A stretch of 59,202 bases of DNA from Candidatus Limnocylindria bacterium. Lineage in GTDB: Bacteria > Chloroflexota > Limnocylindria > P2-11E. Under the pieces are notes generated by a model. It saw nothing but the letters and a program-made list of their open reading frames with translations, did not search any database and was not told the origin of the DNA. The translations under genes were made by a program, and so were the position numbers. Below are positions 47,283 through 59,202 of the stretch, piece after piece (position 1 is the stretch's first letter; each line of letters starts with the position of its first letter). Where the stretch lies: positions 1 through 59,202 of the forward strand of contig DATCOD010000054.1 of assembly GCA_036564905.1 (NCBI GenBank), written 5' to 3'.

Positions 47283-47752
47283 GCGCTCCTCGCCCACTCC
47301 CGCGCGCGCGCCACGTGCCGCTCGATGAGCCCGCGCTGATCCGCCCGCACGTCGGGGAGCCCGTCGGGCGCGAACCAGCCGAGCTCGGCGACCTCCGCGG
47401 TGAGCGCCTCGGTCCCGCCGGCGACCCGGAACGCGAACACGAGCTCGACCCGGGCCCACCGAAAGCCGGTGACGACCTCGAGCACGGGCCCGACCTCGAT
47501 GGCCAGGCCGGTCTCCTCGCGGATCTCACGGGCCAACGCATCCTGGACGCGCTCCCGGCGGTGGAGGAACCCACCGAGGAACCGCCACTGCGGCGCGCCG
47601 AACCGGTGCCGTGCGAGGAGCACGCGCCCCTGCGCGTCGATCCCGAGCCCGACGACGCCAACGAGGAAGCGCTCGTGAGCCGCGGTCATGAAGCGACGCT
47701 GCCACCGCACCGGGAACGCGTTGAACAGGAGCGCGAGCGCGCGCATGAGCAT
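47279..47752 (-). CDS. Nudix hydrolase
   Basis: GGFLHRRERVQDALAREIREETG Nudix box; TACAGT 6 nt before the ATG. Confidence 0.9.
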   Translation of the reverse strand: MLMRALALLFNAFPVRWQRRFMTAAHERFLVGVVGLGIDAQGRVLLARHRFGAPQWRFLGGFLHRRERVQDALAREIREETGLAIEVGPVLEVVTGFRWARVELVFAFRVAGGTEALTAEVAELGWFAPDGLPDVRADQRGLIERHVARAREWARSA

Positions 47753-47771
47753 CGCCGGACTGTACCGCCGG

Positions 47772-48902
47772 CTAGGGGATCCCGACCGACACGATGCCGT
47801 GACAGAACGGCACCGGCACCTTCTGCACGACGAGCTTCGTATTCACGTCGATCACATTCACCATGCCGTCGACGTTCGTGGTGAGGAGGATCCGTTCGCC
47901 GAGCGGGTCGTAGGTCGTGTGGAACGGCTGGCCGCCGATGCCCTTCGTCTCGGCCACGATCTTCCGGCTCTTGTAGTCGACCCAGAGGAGCGAGGGCCCC
48001 TTGTGGTCCGACAGGACCATGAGCGACTTATCGGGCATGAAGTAGATGCCGTCCTGATTCTCCTTGGTCGTGTGGAACGGGTAGTGGTTCGCGCCGAGGT
48101 GGATCTCCTCCTTGACCGTGAAGGTGTCGGGGTCGTAGATGACCATCCGGTCCGACGGCTTGTCGATGAACCCGGAGGACGAGGACCAGATCTCGCTCTG
48201 GTCCGGCGTGTAGTACGCGTCATGGACGTCCTGGACCTTGAACTTCGTGATCGTGTTCGTCACGAGATCGTAGGCACGAAGGTCATCCGGCTCCGGGGAG
48301 TTCGTCACGGTGAACAGCAGGATGTTCGGCCGCTTCGTCCCGATGGTGAGCACGTGCTGGGGCACGCCGACGAGCAACGGGGTCAGCGGCTTCCAGGTCC
48401 CGACCTCGAATCGCATGATGAACGGGTCACGCTCGTGGGCGACGAAGAGCGTCTTGGAGTCCGGCGAGAACGTGATCCCGTGCGGGGACCGTCCGACCTT
48501 GATCCGCACGATCTCCTTCATCGCGACCGGATCGATGATCGACGTCGTATCGGCCAGGCGGTTGTTCACCGCCACGAACCGGCCGTCGGGCGACACCGCC
48601 ATCTGATGTGGCAGCCGGCCGACCTGGATCTTCCCGATCAGCGCGAACTGGCCCTTCGGCGCCGTGGCCTCGAGCACCCACACCTGATCCGTCGTCTCGC
48701 TCGCGACGAACACGCGCAGCTTGCTGTACGTGGGCGCGGACGCCGGCACCTCCGTCGCGACGGGTGCTGGCGTGGTCGTGGCGACGTCGGCCGGGCTGAC
48801 CGTCGGATCCGGCGTCGCCGCGAGCTCAGCTGCGTCGATGGAGCAGGCGGAGACCAGCAGCGCCAAGATGGCAAGCCACACGAACGACCGCGCGACCCTC
48901 AC
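47772..48902 (-). CDS. YncE/YVTN-type beta-propeller lipoprotein
   Basis: Lipobox VSA-C; repeated G..PH...SPD blades. Confidence 0.82.
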   Translation of the reverse strand: MRVARSFVWLAILALLVSACSIDAAELAATPDPTVSPADVATTTPAPVATEVPASAPTYSKLRVFVASETTDQVWVLEATAPKGQFALIGKIQVGRLPHQMAVSPDGRFVAVNNRLADTTSIIDPVAMKEIVRIKVGRSPHGITFSPDSKTLFVAHERDPFIMRFEVGTWKPLTPLLVGVPQHVLTIGTKRPNILLFTVTNSPEPDDLRAYDLVTNTITKFKVQDVHDAYYTPDQSEIWSSSSGFIDKPSDRMVIYDPDTFTVKEEIHLGANHYPFHTTKENQDGIYFMPDKSLMVLSDHKGPSLLWVDYKSRKIVAETKGIGGQPFHTTYDPLGERILLTTNVDGMVNVIDVNTKLVVQKVPVPFCHGIVSVGIP

Positions 48903-48920
48903 CGCGGGTCTCGTGCGCGG

Positions 48921-49334
48921 CTAGACGCCACGCCGCCGGCGCCGCTCGGAGACGCGGAGCCGGACCATCGCCCGCTCGAGCGATGCCCGGGCACGCGCCT
49001 CCTCGAGCCCGACCGGACCGGCCTGGAGCGCCTCGCGCGCGCGGGCGCGCGCGGCCTCGGCGCGGGACTCGTCGATCTCGTCCGCCTGCTCGGCCGCCTC
49101 GGTGAGGATCACGACCCGATCGGGGCGCACGTCCATGAAGCCGCCGAAGACCGCGAGCGAGGTCTCGACACCGCCCTTCTTGATGCGCAGCTCGCCGGGC
49201 CCGAGGGTCGTGAGGAGCGGGGCGTGATGCGGCAGGATGCCGACGTACCCCTCGCTCGCCGGCGCGATGACCATATCCACGTCGTCGGTCAGGACGGCGC
49301 GCTCGGGGGTGACGATCTCGAGCCGGATGGGCAC
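48921..49334 (-). CDS. atpC: ATP synthase epsilon subunit
   Basis: LEIVTPE, GILPHHAPL, GGFMDV. Confidence 0.95.
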   Translation of the reverse strand: MPIRLEIVTPERAVLTDDVDMVIAPASEGYVGILPHHAPLLTTLGPGELRIKKGGVETSLAVFGGFMDVRPDRVVILTEAAEQADEIDESRAEAARARAREALQAGPVGLEEARARASLERAMVRLRVSERRRRRGV

Positions 49335-51648
<2,314 letters not shown>

Positions 51649-53175
51649 CTACGCCTTCGAGGCCTCGGCGTACGAGTTGGTCTTCTTGAACTCCTCGATC
51701 ATCGTTCGGACCTGGGCTTCGATCTCCTTGTCGAACTTCTTCTCCGTGGAGATCTTGTCCGCGAGCGCGCGGTACTGCGTCTCCATGAAGCGGAAGAGGT
51801 CACGTTCGAAGTCCTTCACCCTCGGGGTCGGGATGTCGTCCAGGTAGCCGTTCGTGACGGCGAAGATGATCGCGACCTCTTTCACCAGCGAGAGCGGCTG
51901 GTACTGCGGCTGCTTCATCACCTCGATCGTCTTTTCACCGCGGCGGAGCTGCTGCTGGGTCGCCTTGTCGAGGTCCGAGCCGAACTGCGCGAAGGCCGCG
52001 AGCTCGCGGTACTGCGCGATGTCCGCCCGGAGGCCGCGCACGACCGCCTTCATCGCCTTCGTCTGGGCGTCCCCGCCGACCCGTGAAACGGACAGACCGG
52101 TGTTCATGGGTGGCCGGATGCCCTGGTTGAACAGGTCGGTCTCCAGGTAGATCTGGCCGTCGGTGATGGAGATGACGTTCGTCGGGATGTATGCGGCGAT
52201 GTCGTTCGCCTGGGTCTCGATGATCGGGAGGGCGGTCAACGAGCCGCCGCCGTTCTCGGTGTTCAGGCGCGCGGCCCGCTCGAGCAGGCGGGAGTGCAGA
52301 TAGAAGACGTCACCGGGGTAGGCCTCGCGGCCCGGCGGGCGCCGGGTGAGGAGCGATACCTGACGGTACGCCCAGGCGTGCTTCGAGAGGTCGTCGTACA
52401 CGACGAGCGCGTCCTTCCCGCTGTCGCGGAAGTACTCGCCCATCGCGCAGCCGGCGAACGGCGCGAGGTACTGGAGCGTCGCGGGGTCGGACGCGCCGGC
52501 GACGACCACGATCGTGTGCTCCATCGCGCCGTGCTCCTCGAGCGTCGCGACGATCTTCGCGACCGAGGATTCCTTCTGCCCGATCGCGACGTAGATGCAG
52601 ATGAGGTCCTGGCCCTTCTGGTTGATGATCGTGTCGATCGCGACCGCGGTCTTGCCGGTCTGGCGGTCTCCGATGATCAGCTCGCGCTGACCGCGGCCGA
52701 TGGGCGTGATCGAGTCGATGACTTTGATGCCGGTCTGGACCGGCGTGTCGACGTTCTGCCGCGTGATGACGCCCGGGGCGACGACGTCGACCGCGCGGAA
52801 CTCCTTCGAGACGATCTCGCCCTTGCCGTCGAGCGCGCGACCGAGCGGGTCGACGACCCGGCCGATGAGCTGCGGGCCGACGCCGGTCTGCACGATCCGA
52901 CCCGTGGTGCGGACCACGCCGCCTTCCTCGATGCCCGTGTAATCGCCGAGGATGATCGCGCTCACGGTGTCCTCTTCGAGGTTGAACGCGAGCCCGAAGA
53001 CGTCCTTGCCGAAGTCGAGGAGCTCGGAGGCCATGCAGCCCGCGAGCCCGTGGATCCGGGCGATGCCGTCGCCGATCTCAACGACCGTGCCGACGTCGGC
53101 GGACTCGGCCTGACCTTCGAACCCTTTGATCTGGGCCTTGATGATGTCGGTGATCTCCGAGGCGGTAGATGGCAT
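51649..53175 (-). CDS. atpA: ATP synthase alpha subunit
   Basis: [29 protein letters not shown]. Confidence 0.98.
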   Translation of the reverse strand: MPSTASEITDIIKAQIKGFEGQAESADVGTVVEIGDGIARIHGLAGCMASELLDFGKDVFGLAFNLEEDTVSAIILGDYTGIEEGGVVRTTGRIVQTGVGPQLIGRVVDPLGRALDGKGEIVSKEFRAVDVVAPGVITRQNVDTPVQTGIKVIDSITPIGRGQRELIIGDRQTGKTAVAIDTIINQKGQDLICIYVAIGQKESSVAKIVATLEEHGAMEHTIVVVAGASDPATLQYLAPFAGCAMGEYFRDSGKDALVVYDDLSKHAWAYRQVSLLTRRPPGREAYPGDVFYLHSRLLERAARLNTENGGGSLTALPIIETQANDIAAYIPTNVISITDGQIYLETDLFNQGIRPPMNTGLSVSRVGGDAQTKAMKAVVRGLRADIAQYRELAAFAQFGSDLDKATQQQLRRGEKTIEVMKQPQYQPLSLVKEVAIIFAVTNGYLDDIPTPRVKDFERDLFRFMETQYRALADKISTEKKFDKEIEAQVRTMIEEFKKTNSYAEASKA

Positions 53176-53184
53176 TTTCCCCCT

Positions 53185-53718
53185 CTAATTCCCAGCCAGA
53201 CTTTGACGGAGCGCGTTCAGTTGGGCTCGCACGGACGAATCGACGAGGTGATCACCGAGCTGGATCTGGGCGCCGGCGATCAACGTCTCGTCTACGGCGA
53301 AGCTCGGTTTGATCCGATGGCCGGATGCCGACTCCAGACGCTTCACGAACGCCTGCCGCTGCGGCTCATCGAGCGCGACCGCGGTCGTGATCTTCGCCGT
53401 CACGATCCCAGCCCGACGATCGACGAGATCGCCGTACGCGCGCGCGATCTCGGGCAGCAGCGCGATGCGGTCACGCTGCTCGAGGAGCAACAGCAGCGCG
53501 CGGATCGCCTTCGGCTGGCCCTTCGTGGCCGCCTCGATCGCGCCGAGCCGTTGTCTCACCGGCACGCCCGGGTCCCGGAGCGCGCGGATGGCCTCGGGCG
53601 TGATCCCACCCGCGAGGCTGTCGAGCGACGCGCGATAGGCGTCGACCGCGTTCTCCGCCTTCGCGAGATCGAGGATCGCCTCGGCGTAGCGCCGCGGCGC
53701 GGATCCGGACAGCGCCAC
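53185..53718 (-). CDS. atpH: ATP synthase delta subunit
   Basis: RRYAEAI, VDETLIAG..IQLGD.LVDSSV; operon position. Confidence 0.93.
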   Translation of the reverse strand: MALSGSAPRRYAEAILDLAKAENAVDAYRASLDSLAGGITPEAIRALRDPGVPVRQRLGAIEAATKGQPKAIRALLLLLEQRDRIALLPEIARAYGDLVDRRAGIVTAKITTAVALDEPQRQAFVKRLESASGHRIKPSFAVDETLIAGAQIQLGDHLVDSSVRAQLNALRQSLAGN

Positions 53719-54245
53719 TAGTTGCTCTTCCCGAGCTCGCGGCCGGCCTCATCGAGCGATCGCTCGATGAGCGCCTGATGGCTCTTCGGATCGACCTCTT
53801 TGCCGAGGATCCTGCTGGCCGCGAGGACCGCCATGGCGGCCACCTCGCCGCGCAGCTGCGAGAGTGCCTGCTGGTGCAGCTGTTCCGCATCGACGCGGGC
53901 GCGCTCCCGGAGCCGGTCGCCCTCGATCTTCGCCTGGGCGCGGATCTCCGCGGCCGCGGCTTCGGCCGCTTTCGTGGTCCGTTCCGCGATCGCCGAGGCT
54001 TCGCGGCGCGCCTCGCCGAGGAGCCGCTCGACCTCGACCTGCATCTGCGCGCGCTCGCGCTTGGCGGCCTCCGCGGTCTCGAGCCCCTCGCGGATCCGGT
54101 CGGCGCGCGCCTGCAGTGTCTTCTGGATCGGACCCCAGAGGAATCTCTGCAACAGGAAGAACAGGACGAGGAACTGGACGATCGCGACCAGCACCCAGTA
54201 GGGCTGGACGGTCAGTCCGCCTTCGGCGAGGATGCCCAGCTGCAT
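53718..54245 (-). CDS. atpF: ATP synthase b subunit
   Basis: N-terminal TM helix, WGPI...R..RI, coiled coil. Confidence 0.93.
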   Translation of the reverse strand: MQLGILAEGGLTVQPYWVLVAIVQFLVLFFLLQRFLWGPIQKTLQARADRIREGLETAEAAKRERAQMQVEVERLLGEARREASAIAERTTKAAEAAAAEIRAQAKIEGDRLRERARVDAEQLHQQALSQLRGEVAAMAVLAASRILGKEVDPKSHQALIERSLDEAGRELGKSN

Positions 54246-55367
<1,122 letters not shown>

Positions 55368-55368
<1 letters not shown>

Positions 55369-55655
55369 TAGCGACCTTCCTCGCGCGTGCGCTCTTCTTC
55401 ATCTTGCTCGGCCTGCCACCGACGGCCGGCCTCGCGCGCGCGCTCGCTCGACGGCGTCACCGGGTTCTCCTCCGCGAATCGCTTGATCAGGACCGCCACG
55501 CCTCCCGCCGCGGCCGCCATCCCCACGAAGATCAGACCCAAGAGGCCCCAGGGAGAGGTACCTAGCGCGGCATCGAGCTTCACACCGAGCCAGGCACCTA
55601 ACGCGATGGGGACCGCGATTGTGAGTCCGACCTGGCCCAGGATCGCCGCGTTCAA
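55368..55655 (-). CDS. AtpZ/AtpI-family protein
   Basis: GAWLGVKLD..LGTSPW, two TM helices; first gene of the atp operon; GGAG before TTG. Confidence 0.85.
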
Positions 55656-55751
55656 CGCGCTCCACCCGGGGTGCGGAGTGCGGCCAAAGCAGGCTCAGTC
55701 TATGGGCAAAACGCGTGTGGCGCGAGTCGGCGGGCGGGCGCCCGGAACCGG

Positions 55752-56708
55752 CTAGAGCCAGCCTTTCCGGCGGAAGTACGCGGCCAGAGCCAGCGCGGCT
55801 ACGACCATGAACGCGATCGACCCCCAGAAGGTGACCGCGGAGCCGTATGGGATGAAGGTAACGAAGTTCTGGCCGAAGAAGCCGGTCACGACGGTCATGA
55901 CCAGGAGGATCGTCGCGAGCGCGGTGAGGACCTTCATCACTTCGTTCAGCCGATTCGACACCGCGGCGAGATTCGCATCCACGATGTTGCTCACGAGGTC
56001 ACGGAGCGTGTCGATCTCGTCGGTCACACGGACCACGTGGTCGTACACGTCCTGGAAGTACCGCCGATCCTCGGGCCCGTAACAGCCGACGTCTCCGCGG
56101 CTCAGCACCTGGAGCACCTCGCGCTCCGGCGCGATGAGCTTGCGGACGCGGAGCAGATCGCGCTTCAAAAGGAAGAGCTCGGCCAGCGACGTCCGGAGCG
56201 CGTCGCCATTCGTGTCCTGGAGGATGAGGCCCTCGAGGATGTCGGCGCGCTCTCCGTAGTCGTCGATGATCGGGAAGTAGCCGTCCACCGTCGTGTCAAG
56301 GAGCGCGTGCAGGAGCATCCCCGCGGACGGGAGCCGTCCCTCGCGCCAGCGCTTCTCGACATCGTCGCGCGCCGGCCAGCTCCCGGCGCGGACGGTGACC
56401 ACCACGTCCGCGAACGCGAAGATCGAGAAGACCTCCATGCGCAGCGCACCGGGGCTCTTCGCCTCGAGCGCCGTGAACGTGATGAAGTAGTAGCCGTCGT
56501 ACGCGTCGGCCTTCGGTCGCTCGTGCCGCGAGCGCGCGTCCTCGACGGCGAGCGGGTGGAGGCCGAGCTCGTCCGCGATGAGGGCCATCTCGGCGTCGCC
56601 TGGGGTGACCACGTCCAACCAGGCCGGCGTCCCGCGCAGGTCGGAGAGCTCCGACGGCGCACGCTCGCGCACGCCGTCGGCCTGTTTCACGAGGAGCCTC
56701 GCGGTCAC
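55752..56708 (-). CDS. corA: CorA-family Mg2+/Co2+ transporter
   Basis: LHPLAVED, ERPK, YFQDVYDH, NEVMKVLT; GQN in place of GMN. Confidence 0.92.
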   Translation of the reverse strand: MTARLLVKQADGVRERAPSELSDLRGTPAWLDVVTPGDAEMALIADELGLHPLAVEDARSRHERPKADAYDGYYFITFTALEAKSPGALRMEVFSIFAFADVVVTVRAGSWPARDDVEKRWREGRLPSAGMLLHALLDTTVDGYFPIIDDYGERADILEGLILQDTNGDALRTSLAELFLLKRDLLRVRKLIAPEREVLQVLSRGDVGCYGPEDRRYFQDVYDHVVRVTDEIDTLRDLVSNIVDANLAAVSNRLNEVMKVLTALATILLVMTVVTGFFGQNFVTFIPYGSAVTFWGSIAFMVVAALALAAYFRRKGWL

Positions 56709-56721
56709 GGGCCGATGCTAC

Positions 56722-57093
56722 TTAGGTCGAGAACCGACGCGCGAGACGGAGCAGGTCATCGGCGTGGAACGGCTTCGCGAGGTACGCCTCGGCGTTGCAG
56801 CGGTCGGCCTCGCGCTTCGGGTCCGGCGCCGCGGTGACGATGACGAGCGGCACGTGCCGCAATCTCGTGCGCAGCTCGCGCGCGAACGTGGGGCCGTCGA
56901 TCCCGGGCATGTTCACGTCCAGCACGATCATCGCCGGCGTCTCGGCGGAGAGCGCGAGCAGCGCTTCGGCGCCGTCGTGCGCCTCGAGGACGGAGAACCC
57001 TCCTTCGGCCAGGACCGCGCGCTCCGCGGCCAAGGTGTCCTTGTCGTCATCGACGATCAGGATCGGACGGGCTCGCCGCTCGGTCAGCGCCAT
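56722..57093 (-). CDS. Single-domain response regulator
   Basis: ILIVDDD, LDVNMPGIDG, YLAKPF; start set at ATG 57093. Confidence 0.9.
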   Translation of the reverse strand: MALTERRARPILIVDDDKDTLAAERAVLAEGGFSVLEAHDGAEALLALSAETPAMIVLDVNMPGIDGPTFARELRTRLRHVPLVIVTAAPDPKREADRCNAEAYLAKPFHADDLLRLARRFST

Positions 57094-57147
57094 ACGGACC
57101 GGTGATGCAAGCGGCGTTCCGGCTCGGTTCCAGCCGATACTGGCGGC

Positions 57148-57582
57148 GTGCCACGGCCCAAGGGACTCCGCGCGGCCGATCAGGTCGTCCCGAAGCTCGG
57201 GATCCCCGCCGCGTTGCCCGCCGTGCGGATCGGCGACATCGCCGCGTACGACCGGCCGATCGAGCACCTGGCCGGCCAGCTCGACCGCGCCGAGCTCGAG
57301 CTGCCGCTGCCGTACCGCGCGGGACGGTTCGGCCTCTGTCTCTGCTTCGCGCTCGAGCCGATCGGCGTGAACGTGCTCGCGTCCGAGCTGGTGCGCGTCA
57401 CGAGCACCGAGGGCGCGATCTGGATCGCGGTGTGGAAGAAGCCGTTCCTGCGGCCGGGCCTGTTGTCCTGGGACGACGTCCAGGCGGCGATGCTGCCGAC
57501 GGGCTGGGTGGACAACAAGATCCTGAGCTTGGGCGATGAGGTGTACGCCACGCGCTACGTGAGGCGCGTGGCCCTGCGCTAG
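57148..57582 (+). CDS. DUF3052-like protein
   Basis: KLGI, IWIAVWKK, GWVDNKILS...ATRYVRR pattern; GATACT 6 nt before the GTG. Confidence 0.6.
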   Translation: MPRPKGLRAADQVVPKLGIPAALPAVRIGDIAAYDRPIEHLAGQLDRAELELPLPYRAGRFGLCLCFALEPIGVNVLASELVRVTSTEGAIWIAVWKKPFLRPGLLSWDDVQAAMLPTGWVDNKILSLGDEVYATRYVRRVALR

Positions 57583-59202
57583 GCCAGCTGCTGCGTCAAG
57601 AAGTCGACGACCCGCGCGTGCGCCCGGTCGGAGTTCGCGCGCTTCGTGAACCCGTGGCCCTCGTCCTCGAACACCATGTATTCGACCGGGATGCCGCGCG
57701 CACGCAGCCGCTCGACGACCTGATCGGACTCCTCCTTCGGGACGCGCGGATCGTTCGTGCCCTGCACGACGAGCATCGGGCAGCGCACCTTGTCCAGATG
57801 CGTGATCGGCGAGCGCTCAACGAGCTTCGCCCGGTCGGTCTCGAGGTCGCCGATCCAGAGCTTCAGGAACCGCCGCCAGTTCGGTTGCGCGTGCTCGATC
57901 ATCGTCACGAGGTTGGCGACGCCGAACACGTCGACGGCGCACTTCCAGCGCTCCGGCATCGTCGTCACGCAGAGCAGCGTGGCGAACCCGCCGTACGAGC
58001 CGCCATACACGGCCAGGCGCTTCGGGTCGATCCGTGGATCGGCGGCCATCCAGTCGGCCACCGCCCGCAGGTCGCGCGCGTCGATGCCGCCCCAGTCGCG
58101 GTGGATCGCCTTCTGCCATGCGAGGCCGTAGCCCGTCGAGCCGTGAATGTTCGGGACGACCAAGGTGAAGCCGCGGTCGATGAGTGCCTGGAGATACGCG
58201 CTCGAGCTCGTGAAGCTCGGCCGCGATTGACCCTCCGGTCCGCCGTGCGGGTAGAGCACCGCAGGCGTGCGGCCCACGGCACCCTTCGGCCGGTAGACGA
58301 AGCACGGGATGTCGCCCTCGGCGGCCTTGATCCGGATGAGCTCCGGCTGGACCAGCTCGCTCGACGAAGCCGCGCGCGTCGTGTCGAACACCATGCGCGC
58401 GGCACCGGTGGCGAGGTCGAGGACCCAGAGCTGCGGGGCCTCGGTCGCGGACGTGCGGTGGAACGCCGCCAGCCGGCCGTCGGCGGAGACGATCAGGTCC
58501 TCGCATACGCCCGCGAGGTCATGCTCGCCGCCGCGCGTGCCGTCACGCTGCCAGCGAAGGGTCGAGTACCCGTCGAGGTTGACTGACCAGATCTGCGCGT
58601 GACCGTCGGCCGACGAAACAGCGAGCTCCACGTCCCAGTCGGGCGCGTCGACGATCTCGCGCTTCCCGGTGCTCGCGTCGTACGCCGCGAGGTACAGATG
58701 CTCGCGCTCGTGATCGGTGATGCCGAGCGGCCGGCCATCGGCGAGCCATCCGGCCGGGACGTTGGAGACATCGCCTTCGTGCCGGGTCAGCTGCCGCATC
58801 GCGCCCGACGCCGGATCGACGACGAACAGATCCTGGTCGGTGTTCGCCTGCACGCGCATGACCAGGAGCGCCCGCCCATCGGGCGACCAGCCGCCGGCGA
58901 CGTTCCAGGTCGGCCCGGTCACGAGCGCGCGCTCCGTGGCCGTCTCGATGTCCTCGACGACGACGTCCATGTCGGTGGGCTGCCGAGCGTTCGACGAGAA
59001 CGCGACGCGCTTCCCGTCAGGTGAGACCGCATTCCACGAGAGCAGCCGCTGGACGCGCTCGCCGTCGCTCCACGAGAGCTTCTCGACCCGCTCGTCGCTG
59101 CGCGCGACGTACAGCTGATGGAGCTCGGTGCCGCCGCGGTCGGCCGCGCCGATGAGATCGCCACGCTTCGACCAGCTGAGCGAGCGAACGGCCGCGCCAT
59201 CC
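57579..59202 (-). CDS. S9-family serine peptidase (dipeptidyl/acylaminoacyl peptidase type); 5' end outside the window
   Basis: HGGPE, GSTGYG, GGSYGG nucleophile, QGTNDPRV, DEGHGF; frame open to the window end. Confidence 0.93.
   Translation of the reverse strand, partial: DGAAVRSLSWSKRGDLIGAADRGGTELHQLYVARSDERVEKLSWSDGERVQRLLSWNAVSPDGKRVAFSSNARQPTDMDVVVEDIETATERALVTGPTWNVAGGWSPDGRALLVMRVQANTDQDLFVVDPASGAMRQLTRHEGDVSNVPAGWLADGRPLGITDHEREHLYLAAYDASTGKREIVDAPDWDVELAVSSADGHAQIWSVNLDGYSTLRWQRDGTRGGEHDLAGVCEDLIVSADGRLAAFHRTSATEAPQLWVLDLATGAARMVFDTTRAASSSELVQPELIRIKAAEGDIPCFVYRPKGAVGRTPAVLYPHGGPEGQSRPSFTSSSAYLQALIDRGFTLVVPNIHGSTGYGLAWQKAIHRDWGGIDARDLRAVADWMAADPRIDPKRLAVYGGSYGGFATLLCVTTMPERWKCAVDVFGVANLVTMIEHAQPNWRRFLKLWIGDLETDRAKLVERSPITHLDKVRCPMLVVQGTNDPRVPKEESDQVVERLRARGIPVEYMVFEDEGHGFTKRANSDRAHARVVDFLTQQLA

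Overview
A gene-dense, high-GC bacterial chromosomal segment with about 66 CDS. Both ends cut a gene. I saw no rRNA, tRNA, CRISPR array, transposase or phage gene. Gene style suggests a monoderm of the Chloroflexota type; this is inference, not a database result. Housekeeping content: glpX, purH, polX, an hspR-lon-dnaJ-clpB operon, a KimA-like/USP/TrkA potassium cluster, rsmG, hpt, an mreB-led envelope glycosylation operon, a DtxR/MntR regulator with a ZIP transporter, the full F1Fo atp operon and corA. The best candidate for an undescribed system is at 14158-16017. A 441-aa XRE-HTH + TPR protein is transcribed divergently from a 49-aa secreted propeptide (27-aa signal peptide, 22-aa tail ending DPVDPGLPPD). 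A 68-aa orphan gene and a structured intergenic element follow. This is an RRNPP-like peptide signalling architecture apparently outside Bacillota, and a paralogous regulator lies at the left edge. Second is a degenerate DegS/DegU-like trio: an intact kinase, a NarL-type regulator with Glu in place of the phosphoacceptor Asp, and a kinase homologue with a dead ATP-binding domain. Also notable: many leaderless-type promoters, several genes that seem to need ACG, ATT or CTG starts, DevR/DosR-like boxes upstream of nirK, and a non-HAIR palindrome at hspR.
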